Shown here: positions 60,224 through 64,000 of the stretch, piece after piece | Layout: every line of letters begins with the position of its first letter | Position numbering within the stretch: position 1 is the stretch's first letter | From: Bdellovibrionales bacterium | Lineage (GTDB): Bacteria > Bdellovibrionota > Bdellovibrionia > Bdellovibrionales > UBA1609 | Reading direction: 5' to 3' | DNA: 64,000 nt | NCBI GenBank assembly: GCA_965219095.1 | Contig: CBDCMT010000001.1 | Span: 672,001-736,000, forward strand | Translations under genes and position numbers: made by a program | Notes under the pieces: generated by a model | Told to the model about the DNA's origin: nothing | Database searches by the model: none | The model's input: only the letters and a program-made list of their open reading frames with translations

Positions 60224-61631
60224 TACCAATTACAGAAATTAATTCGACATTTTTATGTTCAAATTTAAAATTTTAAAATTGACTTAAGGAAAAGTTTCAA
60301 TTAGGAGGCTTTAAAAAAGTTTTTTTTGAAGGGAGGTTGAGTTTTCATAAGATATGTTTATTTTATGTATATCTATTGTTGTGTGAATCGATTGATGGGT
60401 TAAAATAAGTGTAAAAAAGTGAGGTTAAGATGTAAAATGAAAAAAATCAGTTACGCAATTTAATTTATAGGTTCAAATTAATTTACAAGCTTGATTCATC
60501 TTGTTGTTTTGCCCAAGATCGAGTGCATAATTTTTTAATCCTGCCCTCCTGATCGCAAAAAGTATTCCAGGCCTCACAACAAGTATTCAGTATATGGTCA
60601 TAGTTTTTAAAACATGCATTCGATAATTTGATCCTTCGTAATTGTTGCCAGACTTGTTCCATGGGATTTAATTCTGGACTATAAGGAGGTAAAGGCATCA
60701 GGGATAAATTCTTAGGAACTATCAAAGTCTCTGTGGTATGCCAACTGGCTCTGTCCATTAAAACAATTCCATGATAGTTTTCTTGAATATTTTTAGATAT
60801 CTCATCTAAGTGAATTTGCATCATCCCTGAATTACATTCCGGTAAAATCCAAGCACAGCCTTTATCTTTATCCGGACAAACTGCTCCAAAAATATAAGTG
60901 GATAAAAATTGTCTTTGTCTCACAACTCTAGGTCGTGTGCCTTTTCTTGCCCAAATCCTGCTTAAAGAACCTTGCTGGCCTATTCTGCATTCATCCTGCC
61001 ACCAAATCTCTATTTTATGAGTCTGAATCTTTTCCTTTATTTTCTCCACCTCTTCTGGAAAATGTTCCTTAAACTGTTCCATAGCTTCTTGTGAAGTTTT
61101 AGGATGAAGAGAACGACCACTGATCCATACAATATTAAGACGGTCTAAAAGAGCATAAACCCCAGAAAGAGAATAGCAACAGTCAAATTCATCTGCTAAA
61201 AGTTCCTGTATTCCCTTTGCTCCTATGCTTCCTCCTTCTCTTGTGTCTTGAATTTCATCTAACTTGATTTTGAAGTTCTCTTCTTCTGTCACTGGCAAAC
61301 GGGGTTTACGTCCTCTGCCTTTTCGATCTATCAATCCCTCGTAATCAAAGTCTACAAAAGACTGTAACCAGGATTTGATACTGTGACGGTGATACAAAAC
61401 CATACCTGCTGTTTCTTGAATCGATTTTCCTTTTTGCATATGGTGCAAAGCTTGAAGTTTTATCTTGATGTTGGCACTTCTTTCCACTTTGTAAGTAGCT
61501 AGAAAATCATACCCTTGAATCTGTGTAACTAAATCTTTTTTCGACATGACTCTAAAAATGTAGCAGAGTTTGATTAAAAAGCCAGGACGCTATGCGTTAA
61601 AAGAATGTCGAATTAATTTTTGGAAATGGTA
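60224..61631 (-). mobile_element. Complete IS630-family element
   Basis: IRs taccaattacagaaattaattcgacat / atgtcgaattaatttttggaaatggta; TTA on both sides. Confidence 0.93.
60483..61547 (-). CDS. IS630 transposase
   Basis: QDECRIG, MDRASWH, LPPYSPELNPMEQVW. Confidence 0.95.
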   Translation of the reverse strand: MSKKDLVTQIQGYDFLATYKVERSANIKIKLQALHHMQKGKSIQETAGMVLYHRHSIKSWLQSFVDFDYEGLIDRKGRGRKPRLPVTEEENFKIKLDEIQDTREGGSIGAKGIQELLADEFDCCYSLSGVYALLDRLNIVWISGRSLHPKTSQEAMEQFKEHFPEEVEKIKEKIQTHKIEIWWQDECRIGQQGSLSRIWARKGTRPRVVRQRQFLSTYIFGAVCPDKDKGCAWILPECNSGMMQIHLDEISKNIQENYHGIVLMDRASWHTTETLIVPKNLSLMPLPPYSPELNPMEQVWQQLRRIKLSNACFKNYDHILNTCCEAWNTFCDQEGRIKKLCTRSWAKQQDESSL

Positions 61632-62064
61632 TTAGTAATGGTGAAGGATCTCAAACTTGGGCAAACGGTTCTTGGGGTAATTGTGTGCTTTCAAGATGTC
61701 ATTCAGGTTACCAAGAACACACAGGTGCTTGCATTTTAAGTTGTTCTGATGATCAACATATTGAAAATGAAGAATGTGTTCTTAATACTCGTAATTGCAG
61801 TATTCTTAACGGTCATGGGACTCAAACTTGGAGCAGTAATTCTTGGGGTACTTGTACTTTTTCAAGCTGTAATTCAGGTTACTATGAAGAAGGTGGTTCC
61901 TGTATTTTGGACACAGGAACTACCCGTCACATCTGCTTTGCGTTTAACTCAGATAGGACGGAAATTACTGATTACTTTGGTTTGGATAATAATGGCAATG
62001 TATGTCCCAGAGATGTTATTATACCTGTAGGGATTTTTGCTATTGGGAGAAGTGCTTTTGCAAA

Positions 62065-64000
62065 TAATCAGTTAACTTCTGTAACAATTCCAGATAATGT
62101 GACATCTATTTGGAGAATTGGAGAAGATGCTTTTGCAAATAATCAGTTAGCATCTGTAACAATTCCAGATAGTGTGACATCTATTGGATACAGTGCTTTT
62201 GAAAATAATCAGTTAACTTCTGTCACAATTCCAGGTAATGCGAGTTTTATTGGAAGCAGTGTTTTTGCAAATAATCCTTTAACATCAGTTACGATTTCAC
62301 ATGGTTCTACATCTATTCGGAACAGTTTTTTTGCTGGCAATAATTTAACTTCTGTAACAATTCCAGATAGTGTGACATCTATTGGGAGAAGTGCTTTTGC
62401 AAATAATCAGTTAGCCTCTGTAACAATTCCAGATAGTGTAACAAGTCTTTCAGGGTTTTCTTACAATAATTTAGCCTCTGTAACAATTCCAGATAGTGTG
62501 ACATCTATTGGGCACAGTGCTTTTGCAAATAATCAGTTAGCCTCTGTAACAATTCCAGATAATGTGACAGAGATTGAGCACAGTGCTTTTGCAAATAATC
62601 AGTTAACTTCTGTAACAATTCCAGATAGTGTTACATATATTGGGAATGGTGCTTTTGCAAATAATCAGTTAGCCTCTGTAACAATTCCAGGTAATGCGAG
62701 CTTTATTGGGCGCAGTGTTTTTGCAAATAATCCTTTAACATCAGTTACGATTTCACATGGTTCTACATATATTAGGAGCAGTGCTTTTGCAAATAATCAG
62801 TTAACTTCTGTAACAATTCCAGATAGTGTTACATCTATTTGGCCCAGTGCTTTTGCAAATAATCAGTTAGCCTCTGTAACAATTCCAGATAGTGTTACAT
62901 ATATTGGGAATGGTGCTTTTGCAAATAATCAGTTAATTTCTGTAACAATTCCAGATAGTGTGACATCTATTGGAGAAAGGGCTTTTGCAGATAATCAGTT
63001 AGCCTCTGTAACAATTCCAGATAGTATTACGTCTATTGAATACAGGGCTTTTGCAAATAATCAGTTAGCCTCTGTAACAATTCCAGATAGTGTTACATAT
63101 ATTAGGAGCAGTGCTTTTGCAAATAATCAGTTAGCCTCTGTAACAATTCCAGATAGTGTTACATCTATTGGGCCCAGTGCTTTTGCAAATAATCAGTTAG
63201 CCTCTGTAACAATTCCAGATAATGTGACAGAGATTGGGCACAGTGCTTTTGCAAATAATCAGTTAGCCTCTGTAACAATTCCAGATAGTGTGACATCTAT
63301 TGGGAATGGTGCTTTTGAAAATAATCAGTTAGCCTCTGTAACAATTCCAGATAGTGTTACATATATTGGGAATGGTGCTTTTGCAAATAATCAGTTAATT
63401 TCTGTAACAATTCCAGATAATGTGACAGAGATTGGAGAAAGGGCTTTTGCAGATAATCAGTTAGCCTCTGTAACAATTCCAGATAGTATTACGTCTATTG
63501 AATACAGGGCTTTTGCAAATAATCAGTTAGCCTCTGTAACAATTCCAGATAGTGTTACATCTATTTGGCCCAGTGCTTTTGCAAATAATCAGTTAGCCTC
63601 TGTAACAATTCCAGATAGTGTTACATCTATTTGGCCCAGTGCTTTTGCAAATAATCAGTTAGCCTCTGTAACAATTCCAGATAGTGTTACATCTATTGGG
63701 AATGGTGCTTTTGAAAATAATCAGTTAGCCTCTGTAACAATTCCAGATAATGTGACATCTATTAGAGACAATGCTTTTGCAAATAATCAGTTAGCCTCTG
63801 TAACAATTCCAGATAGTGTTACATCTATTGGGAATGGTGCTTTTGAAAATAATCAGTTAGCCTCTGTAACAATTCCAGATAGTGTGACATCCATTGGGAG
63901 CAGTGCTTTTGCAAATAATCAGTTAACTTCTGTAACAATTCCAGATAGTGTTACATCTATTGGGAATGGTGCTTTTGAAAATAATCAGTTAGCCTCTGTA
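62065..64000 (+). repeat. 66-bp coding tandem repeat (22-aa BspA/LRR_5 unit), about 29 units visible
   Basis: Consensus [22 protein letters not shown]. Confidence 0.95.

Larger units (their letters stand above)
59932..64000 (+). pseudogene. Large surface lipoprotein: Cys-rich repeats plus BspA-type LRR array; interrupted by IS630; continues past the window
   Basis: LFSC lipobox; removing the IS restores [14 protein letters not shown] in frame; the frame is open from 61637 to 64000. Confidence 0.9.

Noticed and set aside
61749..62030. 93-aa hydrophobic ORF in the track
   Set aside because: Off-frame shadow of the Cys-rich lipoprotein frame
62065..64000. 66-bp periodic array as a possible CRISPR
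   Set aside because: The period is a multiple of 3 in one open frame encoding BspA-type LRRs; the variable parts are short and recurrent, not unique spacers; no cas genes
62042..64000. Diversity-generating retroelement behind LRR variation
   Set aside because: No reverse transcriptase or TR/VR pair in the window, and changes are not adenine-specific

Overview
AT-rich bacterial window, probably from a Bdellovibrionota/Oligoflexia-like organism (inferred from gene content and protein style). It carries a heavy load of insertion sequences: IS1634, ISL3, IS66, IS3, IS5 (IS427- and IS903-like), IS630, IS982, IS256 and IS110, many nested, truncated or reduced to miniature elements. Core genes are mltB, a type II secretion operon (gspE-F, then gspG-N after IS debris), ssb and mutL-miaA-gmk-rpoZ-relA/spoT. 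Accessory loci are: (i) a putative GNAT-like plus heme-oxygenase-like diiron oxidase gene pair; (ii) a LysR/CcdA/multi-thioredoxin/outer-membrane-barrel/CxxC-peptide redox cluster; (iii) a decaying ICE-like island (about 47.2-59.6 kb) with a serine-recombinase remnant, a ubiquitin-like (Bub-type) operon, sigma-region-4 proteins and virB2/B3/B4; (iv) an IS630-interrupted Cys-rich/BspA-LRR lipoprotein running off the window end. The most novel-looking signal is two tandem paralogous modules in the island. Each has a palindromic operator array, an HTH regulator and an ATGA-coupled small secreted protein ending in a Gly-rich 'GGN' tail, followed by cargo. This resembles a peptide-signalling switch (hypothesis). 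A second signal is four fold-back hairpin elements, each apparently built from two copies of one IS end. No rRNA, tRNA or CRISPR array was recognised.
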